The translations under genes were made by a program, and so were the position numbers. Below are positions 18,181-27,717 of a stretch of 64,000 bases of DNA, piece by piece. The stretch is from a virus (lineage: Duplodnaviria > Caudoviricetes): positions 570 through 64,569 of IMG/VR virus record IMGVR_UViG_3300012036_000007; one strand, given 5' to 3'. Below the pieces are notes generated by a model. The model did no database searches, was not told the DNA's origin, and saw nothing but the letters and a program-made list of their open reading frames with translations. Each line of letters starts with the position of its first letter. Position 1 is the stretch's first letter.

Positions 18181-18836
18181 TGGGTGCTTTTCAAACTGTT
18201 TTCGGCAGTGGTGACTCGACCAACGTCATCACAATCGAAGGCGTTGATGCGACTGATTATTTCGATGCAAAATTCGCGGCACTCGCTGGGGTCGGCATCC
18301 GTACCGTAACGCTCGAAGTTTCGAATGGCACTATCAATGTGCAATCGGCTCGCGTGCGTCTCACTAGCGATCTGGGAACGTTTACGGCCACAACGGACGC
18401 AAACGGCCTAGTTACGTTTAATCTCGACGATGATGATTACATTGCCGCGGTCGTGGCGGCGGGCCATAGCTACAACGGATCAACGATCACTGTGGATAGC
18501 GACGAAACGTTCCCGGTCGTGCTTACGCCAATACCTACCGTGGTGAGCGATCCAGGTTTTGTGACTGGTTGCTGGGAGTGCTTTGTAGATGGCTCAACAT
18601 CTGAAGGTGTAGAAGTCAGTCTTCGGTTTGCTAGGTTCGATCGCAGCGATATTGGCAAGCACCACAGTAAGGCCGTCCGAAAGATACTCAGTGACGCGAG
18701 TGGTCAGGCGTGCTTCAGCAACATGTTCCCCGGCGCGACCTACGAGGTATGGACCAAGTCAGAACAGTTGCGGAGCGTCGTTACCGTTCCGAAAACAGCA
18801 ACAGGAACGATTCAACTTGGTTCGTTTTCCGACTAG
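18180..18836 (+). CDS. Beta-sandwich (carboxypeptidase-regulatory-like) protein
   Basis: TATTDANGLVTFNL and SDASGQACFSNMFPGATY repeats; TAATG coupling. Confidence 0.6.
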   Translation: MGAFQTVFGSGDSTNVITIEGVDATDYFDAKFAALAGVGIRTVTLEVSNGTINVQSARVRLTSDLGTFTATTDANGLVTFNLDDDDYIAAVVAAGHSYNGSTITVDSDETFPVVLTPIPTVVSDPGFVTGCWECFVDGSTSEGVEVSLRFARFDRSDIGKHHSKAVRKILSDASGQACFSNMFPGATYEVWTKSEQLRSVVTVPKTATGTIQLGSFSD

Positions 18837-18900
18837 TGATTGTTTTGAATTGTGTGGTGTTGCATCCATGGTTGTGGAAGGCAGTTATTGACCCCGCAAC

Positions 18901-19173
18901 ATGATGGATACGCAAATGGAATCGGTCCCTTTGAACGTCGCATATTACTGGACGTGCAAGACCTGTGCTCGTCGCAATTTTGCACTGCCTGACGTGATGG
19001 AAGTGGATGAGGACGAGCGAGAAGAGGCTTATCGGTTTATCCACGACATCGAAGATTGGCAGGGCCTGCCAGACGATTGGGGCGATTTTGAAGTGTACGG
19101 AATCCCCAAGCACGTAGTGTGCGAAAAGTGTGCAGCAAGATTCGAAACGATTGATTACCTCGATGACGAATGA
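18901..19173 (+). CDS. Small zinc-ribbon protein
   Basis: WTCKTC...VVCEKC. Confidence 0.65.
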   Translation: MMDTQMESVPLNVAYYWTCKTCARRNFALPDVMEVDEDEREEAYRFIHDIEDWQGLPDDWGDFEVYGIPKHVVCEKCAARFETIDYLDDE

Positions 19174-19179
19174 TCCAGC

Positions 19180-19206
19180 GCAATCATTGTTTCCCAAGTG
19201 CGTCTA
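19180..19206 (+). promoter_or_regulatory. ECF-type promoter (MTase/helicase operon)
   Basis: GCAATC attgtttcccaagt GCGTCTA. Confidence 0.75.
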
Positions 19207-19293
19207 GCTACTTGGGCGGCATTGTCGCTCGTTTGCTTTCGTGAGTTTCTTTGATCGTGTTTTCTTGCGCCGTGTTCGGCTTGGGGTATCGTT

Positions 19294-20178
19294 TTGCCTA
19301 TTTTAGATCCAGACCAACAGTGGTATTTGCATCATGGTGACTGCATTGAGCACATGTCGGAAATGCCCGATGCATGTGTCGATCTGGCTGTGTTTTCGCC
19401 ACCATTCCCATCTGTCTACGCCTATTCGGGGTCGGTCAACGACATAGGCAATAGCGAGGACCTAGGTGGGGACGCAAGGCTACATCTGTCATTCTTCTAC
19501 AACCAGCTTGCTCGGTTGGTTAAACCCGGTCGGGTGTGTGTCGTCCATGTGGTCCAGATACCGCGTATGAAGCGATGTGGCGAAGTAGGCCTGAATGACT
19601 TCCGTGGTCTTAACATCCGCTTAGGTGAGCGTTCTGGGCTCGTCTATGAATATGATTGGGCTATTCGTCGTAATCCCCAAGAGCAGGCGGTGCGGACTCG
19701 CAGCCGGGAGTTGCAGTTTGCGGGGTTGGAGGCCGATCGGGCAAAGATTCGTGGGACCCTCAATGACTATCTCATCAAGTTCCGGGCGCCGGGCGATAAC
19801 GCGGTGCCGGTGAATTCGGGTGGGGATGTGAGCCGCAATGATTGGATCAGTTGGGCGGAGGGTACTTGGGATGGCGTTCGTATGTCGGACACGCTCAACA
19901 CTAAGGAAGCAAAGGGCGAAGACGATACACGGCACGTTTGCCCTTTGGCGTTGCCGGTGGTCGATCGACTAGTGCGGTTGTATACGAATCCGGATGAGAT
20001 TGTATTTTCGCCATTCGCGGGAATCGGATCGGAAGGCTATGCGGCATTGCGGCTTGGTCGACGGTTTTACGGCTGTGAGCTGAAGGACGAGTATGTAACG
20101 GCTGCTAGGGGTAACTTGGCGAAGGCTAATGCGTTTAGCGACGACCAACTTTCGCTCTTTTCGTCGGAGGTGGTTTAG
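19294..20178 (+). CDS. Beta-class N4/N6 DNA methyltransferase
   Basis: HGDCIE, DLAVFSPPF, HVCPL, FSPFAGIGSEG, GCELK. Confidence 0.9.
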   Translation: MPILDPDQQWYLHHGDCIEHMSEMPDACVDLAVFSPPFPSVYAYSGSVNDIGNSEDLGGDARLHLSFFYNQLARLVKPGRVCVVHVVQIPRMKRCGEVGLNDFRGLNIRLGERSGLVYEYDWAIRRNPQEQAVRTRSRELQFAGLEADRAKIRGTLNDYLIKFRAPGDNAVPVNSGGDVSRNDWISWAEGTWDGVRMSDTLNTKEAKGEDDTRHVCPLALPVVDRLVRLYTNPDEIVFSPFAGIGSEGYAALRLGRRFYGCELKDEYVTAARGNLAKANAFSDDQLSLFSSEVV

Positions 20179-21666
20179 GTGCAAATCCGATTCGATACAT
20201 CCAGCGTGGCGGACTATAAGAAGTTTTTGACGGCAAAGACCCTGCCTGGGTTTCGGCTTACCGGAACCGTCGCTACGATCCCTGACCGGTATGCTCATCT
20301 ATTGGGTGGGAAGCCATCATCGGGTGTGGGCTCGGAATACTCCCCTGATCCATTCATGTTCGATTATCAAGGGGCAATCACTCGCATGGCGATTCGTCGC
20401 CAGAAGTTTAGCGTGTTCGCAGCGTGCGGGCTCGGTAAGGCCTTGATCGCACTCGGATACGCAAAGCACGTCAACGAATTGCTGGGGCGAAAAAAACGGG
20501 TTTTGATTTTCACTCCCCCGATGGTTGTGGGGCAGATGATTGCAGAGGCCGCTAAGTTCTACGGCGACGATATGCCGGTTGAGCGAGTGACGGCGGCAAA
20601 CCTGCAACAGTGGCTCGATAGCGAAGGCGATGCAGTTGGGATCTGTAATTACGAAGCGTTAAAGAAGGACACGCGACCGGGCAACCTTGGCGCATTAGTG
20701 CTCGATGAGTCATCTATTCTGAAGTCGGCAGGTGCGACCTACGCCAGTATTTGCATCCGGCTTGGCCAGGGGCTCGATTGGAAGCTCTGCCTGACGGGTA
20801 CGCCAGCTCCAAATGATCGAATCGAGTACGCGAACCATTCGGTTTTTATGGATAGATATCCGACGGTCAATTCGTTTTTGGCCTCGTTCTTTGTAAACCG
20901 TGGTCAGACTCAGAACCGCTGGGAACTGAAGCCCCATGCGTTGAAGCCGTTTTATCGATCGCTATCAGATTGGTGCATCTTCCTGAGCGATCCAGGCATT
21001 TATGGGTGGAAAGACAATGCGGGGACTCTGCCGCCAATCCATACGCACATCCATCATGTGGATCTGACGAAACAGCAGTGGGATTGGGTGCACAGTCATC
21101 TCGGTGCATTGGTGCCTACTCGCGCCGGTGGGATACAGACGCGAGGCTCTTACGGTCAGGTAGCTAAGGGGCATTGGAATGGCCAAGATTTTGAAACAAA
21201 CAAACCGGAGTTTATGGCGGATCTGATAAAGCAGTGGCCAGAAGAATCAACGTTGGTTTGGTGCATCTACGATCAAGAGCAAAAGCTGGCCCATGCGGCG
21301 CTGGGTGGCGAGTCTCTTAGTGGCAGCGATTCGATTGCTAGGCGAGAGAGTGTGGTTGGCCGGTTTATTTCTGGGGAGTCAAAAGTACTCACGAGCAAGG
21401 CGAAGATTCTGGGGTTCGGATTGAATCTTCAAATCGCAACCCGTCAGGTTTTCAGCGGAGTCCAGGACTCCTACGAAAACTATCACCAGTGTGTGAAGCG
21501 TTCAAACCGAGTCGGGTCGGTCAAACCGCTCAACGTCCATATCCCAGTGACGGAGCTGGAATTACCGATGCTCGAAAACGTGCTGGAAAAGGCTGATAGG
21601 GTCGAATCGGACATTCGCGAGCAGGAAGAGATATTCAAGTCGTGTGCAGTGGGGCTAGAACTTTAA
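20179..21666 (+). CDS. SNF2-like SF2 helicase
   Basis: CGLGK, LDESSILK, LTGTPAPND, GFGLNLQ, QCVKRSNRVG. Confidence 0.85.
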   Translation: MQIRFDTSSVADYKKFLTAKTLPGFRLTGTVATIPDRYAHLLGGKPSSGVGSEYSPDPFMFDYQGAITRMAIRRQKFSVFAACGLGKALIALGYAKHVNELLGRKKRVLIFTPPMVVGQMIAEAAKFYGDDMPVERVTAANLQQWLDSEGDAVGICNYEALKKDTRPGNLGALVLDESSILKSAGATYASICIRLGQGLDWKLCLTGTPAPNDRIEYANHSVFMDRYPTVNSFLASFFVNRGQTQNRWELKPHALKPFYRSLSDWCIFLSDPGIYGWKDNAGTLPPIHTHIHHVDLTKQQWDWVHSHLGALVPTRAGGIQTRGSYGQVAKGHWNGQDFETNKPEFMADLIKQWPEESTLVWCIYDQEQKLAHAALGGESLSGSDSIARRESVVGRFISGESKVLTSKAKILGFGLNLQIATRQVFSGVQDSYENYHQCVKRSNRVGSVKPLNVHIPVTELELPMLENVLEKADRVESDIREQEEIFKSCAVGLEL

Positions 21667-22658
21667 TGGCTCGCATGAATTCCCAAACCAATTTTGGCTA
21701 TTTTCCAGCTTCGCCCGCAACCATCGAAGCGATCGCGGAACGTATCTATGCCGTCCCAGGGACTTCGTTGATGGATCCATGTGCCGGTGATGGCAGTGCG
21801 ATCAAGCAACTGGCTGAATTGATTAACGTCCCACTCTCTCGAGTCATTGCTTGTGAGTTAGATCTGACGAGGTCCGATCAGCTGAGGCAGAATCTACCGA
21901 CATCACGGCTATCGCTTTGCAGTGACTTTCACGCGGCATACGGGGCGGGCAAGGTTAGTCTGCTTTTTATCAACCCACCGTACGACAACGAGTTAGGTGG
22001 TTCGGTTTCCAGTGAGTTCGCATTCTTGGCCCGAGCGGAACGGTATCTAGCGGCCGGTGGCGTGTTGGTGATGCTGGTCCCAGTTCGCAAGCTACGCGAT
22101 GTGAATATGCGGACGGCGTTGTGGACCCATTTTGAGTCAGTAGAAGTCGTTCGTCCGCCTGAGGGGTGCGACAAGTATGGGGAGCGGATTGTAACGGCTG
22201 TGAAGCGAGAAAAGGCCAAGCCGACTCAATCGAACCTGCCGTATGAATTCCTGCGGGCTGAGGGTACTGGCATTGAGTACCGGACCGTCCCGGGGCAGGT
22301 TTTCGATCTAGAAAAGACATCGTACACCGATGGCGATTTGGAAAGGTTGCTTGACACTGAGTCCGCATTGAGATCGTTGGTGGGGACCGGTTACCGGAAT
22401 ATCCGAAACGTAAGGCCACCCCTTGAGCTAGGTGACGGGCACAGGGCTCTGTTGCTCGCAGCCGGTCATCTGAACGGCAAGGTCTCGCGAGAGGGCGAGA
22501 AACCTCATGTGGTACGCGGTACGTGCCGGAAGACCGAGAAGGTGATCGACCAGAGCAGTGACGGCAAGCACCAAACAAAGGTGGTTGCAGAGCAGATTGA
22601 GTTGGTAATTCGGACGATCGATCAGAGCGGCAAGATTAAGGAGATCGTGGGTGCTTAG
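21666..22658 (+). CDS. Adenine DNA methyltransferase (DUF6094-like)
   Basis: MARM...GYFP, MDPCAGDG, LFINPPYD. Confidence 0.8.
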   Translation: MARMNSQTNFGYFPASPATIEAIAERIYAVPGTSLMDPCAGDGSAIKQLAELINVPLSRVIACELDLTRSDQLRQNLPTSRLSLCSDFHAAYGAGKVSLLFINPPYDNELGGSVSSEFAFLARAERYLAAGGVLVMLVPVRKLRDVNMRTALWTHFESVEVVRPPEGCDKYGERIVTAVKREKAKPTQSNLPYEFLRAEGTGIEYRTVPGQVFDLEKTSYTDGDLERLLDTESALRSLVGTGYRNIRNVRPPLELGDGHRALLLAAGHLNGKVSREGEKPHVVRGTCRKTEKVIDQSSDGKHQTKVVAEQIELVIRTIDQSGKIKEIVGA

Positions 22659-23184
22659 GGATATCAAATTTACGCGATGGCGATCCGGTGGTTCCCCGCT
22701 GGTTCACCCCGCAAAGTGCAAGGCATATGCGGTAGCGGAAGAGCGACAACCAAGATTCTTGATCGCTCATCTAGCCGCACCGGTGAATGTGGCTAAGGGT
22801 ATCGCGGCGATGGTCCGTGGTGGTCTCGATTTCGAGGTCTATTGTGATTCGGTTGGCCATTCGCAGAACTGCCCGCACGGTTACAGCGTGGCAATTACTC
22901 GGCTACCGAAGTTTTCTACCGCACAGGTCTTGATCGTTAGCAAGGACCCTCAGTTGCTAGTTGGCGGATATGAGCAGGCACTTTGGGATTATTGCAAAGG
23001 GGATCAGATCACGACCCCATTGATGGACCAATGGCAGGAATCGATTGCTGAATCGGTAGAGAGGTTTGCACTAGTGCGGCAAGCCGGAGGGTTTGGAATT
23101 GAGGCCCGGATTGCGCGATTCGATAGTCAGCGAATGGACAAGCTCGTCAGCGGGCTGCTTAGTAAACGAAAGATCAAAATCTAG
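22651..23184 (+). CDS. Hypothetical protein
   Basis: ORF overlapping both neighbours in the operon. Confidence 0.65.
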   Translation: MLRDIKFTRWRSGGSPLVHPAKCKAYAVAEERQPRFLIAHLAAPVNVAKGIAAMVRGGLDFEVYCDSVGHSQNCPHGYSVAITRLPKFSTAQVLIVSKDPQLLVGGYEQALWDYCKGDQITTPLMDQWQESIAESVERFALVRQAGGFGIEARIARFDSQRMDKLVSGLLSKRKIKI

Positions 23185-25136
23185 TGAATAGCGTCAGTGA
23201 GTATTTGCATCGATACAGCGATGCGTTGTCGGACCGTATTGATGAGCTGCATGAGCCACTTCATTACCGGGGTCAAGCATTTGATTTCGCGGAGACGAAA
23301 AGGCAACCGAAGAGAGGTCAGACCGATGCGATAGCAGCATTGGTGAAGGCCATGAGGGCAGGCGAAAAGACCGTCAACATGGTTGGGGCACTCGGTTCCG
23401 GTAAGACGACGGTTGCGGCCATAGCGGTCCACACGCACGCCAGGGGGCGTCCTTATCGGTGTATCGTCATGTGCCCGCCACACCTGCCCCGAAAGTGGAA
23501 GCGAGAGTTGCTCGATATCGTACCGCAAGCACGGGTTCAGATTGTAGAACGGTATACGGATCTAGTGCGTCTGGCGTCTTGCAGGGCCGCGCCGATTGGT
23601 GCTGAGTTTTACATCGTCAGCGAATCGATGGCCAAGTTGGCCCCAGCATGGAAGCCGTCCGTTGTGGTCAGGCGTAACGGGTTGGCATGTGGTCGATGCT
23701 ATTCCCGTCCGATGAAGAAGATCGTGGGCGATGAGACGGGGCTAGAGCCCATGTCCCTCGATGATCTAGGCAATACCAAGACGAGCTGCAGTACGTGTGG
23801 GGAGCCGCTTTGGCAGTGGGTGGCCAAGCCAAGTCGATGGCCTATCGCAACCTACGCGGCCAAGAAGATGCGAGGGATGTTCGATTATGCCGTGATAGAC
23901 GAAGTCCATGAGGCATCGGGTAGCAACACCGCAATTGCGATAGCTGCGAGCAAGATCGTCAGCATGTGCAAACACGTCATTCCCCTCACGGGTACGTACG
24001 TGAATGGCTATGCACACGGGATCATGCATCTGCTGTGGCGATCGGCACCAACAAGCCTGCAAACGATGGGCTTCGAGTATGGCCAGACATCGGAATTCGC
24101 GAAGAAATACGGACGGCTTGAAAAGACGATTCGCACCAAGGTACCGACCTATAGCAATCGTCAGTCCTCAGGCTCGAAGGGCCGGACGACGGTTAAAGTC
24201 AGGCCGGGAGTAATGCCTACTATTTTCGGCGACCACCTGCTAGGCAAGTGTGTCTTCCTAGGACTCGAAGATATTTGCGACGACCTGCCCCAGTTTACGC
24301 GGGGGGTCTCGCCAGTGCATATGGAGTCCGAGCAGTTTGCTGCCTATCGGGAAATCGAAGAGGCAGCCGCATCGGCGATGCATGAATTGATCCAGAGCGG
24401 CAACATGCGTGCTATCTCGCAGTTGATTCGATGCATGATTGACTATCCGGACCATCCGAACGGATACGGCCCCATTGGCTACGAAGATGAGGATCAGCAA
24501 TGGCGGGAGATTATCGAACCACGAAGCCTTAAAGATCAGGTTTGGCCCAAGGATCGTGCATTGATCGACCTAGTGAGATCCGAAGTATCGGCGGGTAGGA
24601 AGTGTTGGGTGTTTGCGGAAATGACGCAGAAGCGAGATGTCCAGCGTTTGTTACAGGCCAAGCTAGAGCGGGTTGGGATTCGGACAGCGGTATTGCGATC
24701 GGGGGCGGTGCCAACAAAAAAACGCGAGGAATGGATTGCCAAGCACGCGCCGGGTGTGGATTGCATCATCTCGCACCCACGATTGGTGGCAGTCGGTTTG
24801 GATTTCTTCCAGCGAGATCCAAGGGGAGGTTATCTCTACAACTTTCCGACCTTGGCGTTCTACCAGACAAGCATGCAGACGTCGGTAGTGCGTCAAGCAA
24901 GTGGGAGGGCGTTTCGGATTGGGCAGGAACTGCCCTGCAAGGTCATCCACTTTCACTACGAAGAGTGCTTGGAGCAAAAGATGGTGAATCTAATGGGTGC
25001 CAAGATTCAGGCCAGCGAGGCGATTGACGGCAAATTCAGTTCAGACGGTCTGAGTGCGTTGTCAGACACCTCGGATGCGATGGGCATGGCGTTGGCCAAG
25101 TCTTTGGTGGCAAGTATGCAAAAGGTGGTAGCGTGA
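23184..25136 (+). CDS. SF2 helicase with internal zinc finger
   Basis: GSGKT, CPPHL, CGRC...CSTC, IDEVHE, LTGT, VGLD, RQASGRAFRIGQ. Confidence 0.85.
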   Translation: MNSVSEYLHRYSDALSDRIDELHEPLHYRGQAFDFAETKRQPKRGQTDAIAALVKAMRAGEKTVNMVGALGSGKTTVAAIAVHTHARGRPYRCIVMCPPHLPRKWKRELLDIVPQARVQIVERYTDLVRLASCRAAPIGAEFYIVSESMAKLAPAWKPSVVVRRNGLACGRCYSRPMKKIVGDETGLEPMSLDDLGNTKTSCSTCGEPLWQWVAKPSRWPIATYAAKKMRGMFDYAVIDEVHEASGSNTAIAIAASKIVSMCKHVIPLTGTYVNGYAHGIMHLLWRSAPTSLQTMGFEYGQTSEFAKKYGRLEKTIRTKVPTYSNRQSSGSKGRTTVKVRPGVMPTIFGDHLLGKCVFLGLEDICDDLPQFTRGVSPVHMESEQFAAYREIEEAAASAMHELIQSGNMRAISQLIRCMIDYPDHPNGYGPIGYEDEDQQWREIIEPRSLKDQVWPKDRALIDLVRSEVSAGRKCWVFAEMTQKRDVQRLLQAKLERVGIRTAVLRSGAVPTKKREEWIAKHAPGVDCIISHPRLVAVGLDFFQRDPRGGYLYNFPTLAFYQTSMQTSVVRQASGRAFRIGQELPCKVIHFHYEECLEQKMVNLMGAKIQASEAIDGKFSSDGLSALSDTSDAMGMALAKSLVASMQKVVA

Positions 25137-25750
25137 ATCTCTATGATGTACTTGGTGTGAATGAGGATGCGACAGCAGAGGAGATCAAACGAGCTTATCG
25201 AAAAAAGGCCCGTGAGAGTCACCCTGATAACGGTGGAGATGGTGAGGCATTCCGGAGGGTCAACGAGGCCCATCGGGTACTGATCAATACAGAGGATCGC
25301 GAGAGCTACGACCGTAGCGGGGAGATCCCTAACCCAAAATCTGCCATGAGTGCGGCGGAAGAAATCATGCTTTCGAGTTTGCAGTCGGCTGTATCTGGAG
25401 GGGCCAAAGATGTCTTTCGGGCCATGCGGTCTGATTTGGACCGCAAGCGATCTGAGGCCAAGGCGGAGTGCGGGCGTGTCAAAGGAATAACCAAGCGGCT
25501 TGCTAAGGATCTCGATCAGGTCAAGAACCAGAATAAGGCCCCGAAGGATGGCAGTGGGTTTGGTTTGGTGGTCAATTGGTTTGAGTCACAGATTCAAATC
25601 AGTAGCGAAGTGATTGAGCGGATGGAGAAGCAGATTCAGGTTTTCGGTGAGGCCCTTGCGTTAGTCGATGGCCTGCAAAGCGAGCCAGATCAGCAAGACA
25701 GGCGAACAATGGCCGGGGCGGGCTACACGGTTTGCACGTGGGACGTTTGA
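25133..25750 (+). CDS. DnaJ-domain protein
   Basis: LYDVLGV...EEIKRAYRKKARESHPD (HPD motif intact). Confidence 0.9.
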   Translation: MNLYDVLGVNEDATAEEIKRAYRKKARESHPDNGGDGEAFRRVNEAHRVLINTEDRESYDRSGEIPNPKSAMSAAEEIMLSSLQSAVSGGAKDVFRAMRSDLDRKRSEAKAECGRVKGITKRLAKDLDQVKNQNKAPKDGSGFGLVVNWFESQIQISSEVIERMEKQIQVFGEALALVDGLQSEPDQQDRRTMAGAGYTVCTWDV

Positions 25751-25751
25751 T

Positions 25752-26129
25752 ATGGGCAGGATTAAAGACATCAATGAGCTGTCCGAAGCGAACAAGGCCA
25801 AGTTGGTTGCCCTGTATGAGCGTGGATGGACGGTCGAGAAGATTGCAAGCCGCTACGGGCTTGCGCAAAAGCAATTGAGTGATCTTCTAGCGGTTGATGA
25901 ATCGTTCGAACCAGTACCGGCTGAATCACATATTGGCCATCACTTCCCAGTCGACATGCCTCTATTGAAGCCAGCAACACGTCGGGGGCATCCAGCGCTG
26001 TCGAGACAGATACGCAAGAACTTCCCACGCTGCATGGGGTGCGGTGCGTTGATCACTGAGAAGCGTTGTGTTCGCTGCGAGTTGGTGGCGAGTCAGAAAA
26101 TGCAGGAAACCAAAAAGGATTTGAGATGA
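25752..26129 (+). CDS. HTH + zinc-finger protein
   Basis: GWTVEKIASRYGL; CMGC...CVRC. Confidence 0.65.
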   Translation: MGRIKDINELSEANKAKLVALYERGWTVEKIASRYGLAQKQLSDLLAVDESFEPVPAESHIGHHFPVDMPLLKPATRRGHPALSRQIRKNFPRCMGCGALITEKRCVRCELVASQKMQETKKDLR

Positions 26130-26485
26130 GCGAACCGATACGCGGACGGGTTCTACCCGATGATGTCTGCCGCTGCCACGATTCACAATGCGAGATTCGT
26201 GAGCAATGCCTGCGATACCTCCATCGATCCCAAGGTGGCGAGAGGGTTGTAAGCACGGCATCGATGCGAATACCCGGTCAGGAATGCACAGATCGGATCA
26301 ATCCCGGTGATTCTTGGCTGAGTTGGCGCAGTGGTGAATGCCCGATTGCGTCTGATTCAGTGGTCGAGGTTGCATTCAATTCCGGTGGTTTGCAGACAGA
26401 GCGGTCGGCGGGTAGTTACTGCTGGCGACACGAGAATGAGGGATCGGACATCGTAGCCTTCCGGGTCAGTGATGGGACGCAATAG
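26126..26485 (+). CDS. Cys-rich hypothetical phage protein
   Basis: DVCRC...C..REQCLRY; WRH....SDIVAFRV. Confidence 0.6.
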   Translation: MSEPIRGRVLPDDVCRCHDSQCEIREQCLRYLHRSQGGERVVSTASMRIPGQECTDRINPGDSWLSWRSGECPIASDSVVEVAFNSGGLQTERSAGSYCWRHENEGSDIVAFRVSDGTQ

Positions 26486-26693
26486 AGGAATCAGATACAG
26501 GTCGCATCTTCGGCGATGTGGTTTTCGCACGTGGTCGGAAGTCCAAGCACGCCGGGATGCGATCCTCAACAGTGATACTCATGGGTTGCCAGAAAGGTCC
26601 GAACTTCGAGAAATCGGAAGGCTGACCCGTCTACGTGAGGCTTGGGAATTCCAAGTCATACGAAGGCAAGTAGATTCAAAGGGTGGTTTGTGA
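26469..26693 (+). CDS. Hypothetical protein
   Basis: Coupled ORF between neighbours. Confidence 0.5.
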   Translation: MMGRNRGIRYRSHLRRCGFRTWSEVQARRDAILNSDTHGLPERSELREIGRLTRLREAWEFQVIRRQVDSKGGL

Positions 26694-27190
26694 TGAATGG
26701 TGCAGTGCATATTCGTTGGATGATTCGCATGGACATGCCCAGCGTGTTAGGGATCGAAAACCGATGCTTCGAATTCCCATGGAGTGAAGACGATTTCGTG
26801 AGGTGCCTGATGCAGCGTAATTGCATTGGTATGGTGGCTGAGATTGACGGCCAAGTGGCAGGCTTCATGCTCTATGAGTTGCACAAGAACCGCTTGCATT
26901 TACTCAACATTGCAGTCGGGCCGGAATACCAGTGGCTAGGCGTATTCACAGCGATGATCAACAAGCTGAAAGGCAAGTTGTCGGTAGAGGATCGGAATCG
27001 AATCATGCTCGAAGTTCGCGAGACCAATTTAGATGCTCAATTGGCTTTTAAAGCCTTGGGTTTTCGAGCAATAAGCGTGCTGCGGGACTTCTACATTGAG
27101 ACGGACGAAGACGCGTATCTATTCAGCTACCGATACGCTCCAACCGTTGAGGAAGCGGAACACCGTCTTACGGGTCAGATGCGTGGTTGA
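26693..27190 (+). CDS. rimI: RimI-like GNAT N-acetyltransferase
   Basis: HIRWMIRMDM...FEFPWSE...LHLLNIAV...LEVRETN...GF...RDFY...EDAY. Confidence 0.85.
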   Translation: MNGAVHIRWMIRMDMPSVLGIENRCFEFPWSEDDFVRCLMQRNCIGMVAEIDGQVAGFMLYELHKNRLHLLNIAVGPEYQWLGVFTAMINKLKGKLSVEDRNRIMLEVRETNLDAQLAFKALGFRAISVLRDFYIETDEDAYLFSYRYAPTVEEAEHRLTGQMRG

Positions 27191-27294
27191 GGTGTGTGTC
27201 GCAAGCAACAAGCTATTTGCCTCACGCATGGCTTTTGTGCTCTACTATGCACAAAACGCATTGCTTAGGTTCGGGGCTAGGGGGTATTAGGTAG

Positions 27295-27717
27295 ATGGCA
27301 GACGACGATTCGGAAGTGAAGCTGATAGGCCGGGAGTTGACCATGCTCTGTCGTGCCGTTACCGAGGGGTGGGATATTCCGCAGGAGATGCGGAAGAAAG
27401 TCGTCTCCCATTTTCAGCACGTGATTGATGATCCGGAAGCGACCCATCGTGAGAAAGACCGAGCGTCTAAGGGTCTGATTGCGGTCGAGAAACTGAGGAT
27501 GGATGCGATCAAGACGGCCAAATCGATTGTGGATGAGGCTCCCACGGTGGTCATCAACAACAACGTGGGGTCTAGAGATACGTTGGCTGAGTTCGTGAAC
27601 GAGATGAGCCCCGAGCAGCAGACTGAGTTTCTAGTCAAGTATGGAAAAAACGCCACAACCATTCAGGGCCACGCCACGCCAGCTGCAGGAAGTGCCAGCA
27701 CTTCGGATAGCGACTAA
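27295..27717 (+). CDS. Putative terminase small subunit
   Basis: Helical 140 aa protein immediately upstream of terL. Confidence 0.5.
   Translation: MADDDSEVKLIGRELTMLCRAVTEGWDIPQEMRKKVVSHFQHVIDDPEATHREKDRASKGLIAVEKLRMDAIKTAKSIVDEAPTVVINNNVGSRDTLAEFVNEMSPEQQTEFLVKYGKNATTIQGHATPAAGSASTSDSD

Noticed and set aside
27443-27469. Extra GCGTCTA boxes (27463, 41467, 52484, and minus strand at 29396)
   Set aside because: No GCANTC at 14-nt spacing, so they were not counted as promoters
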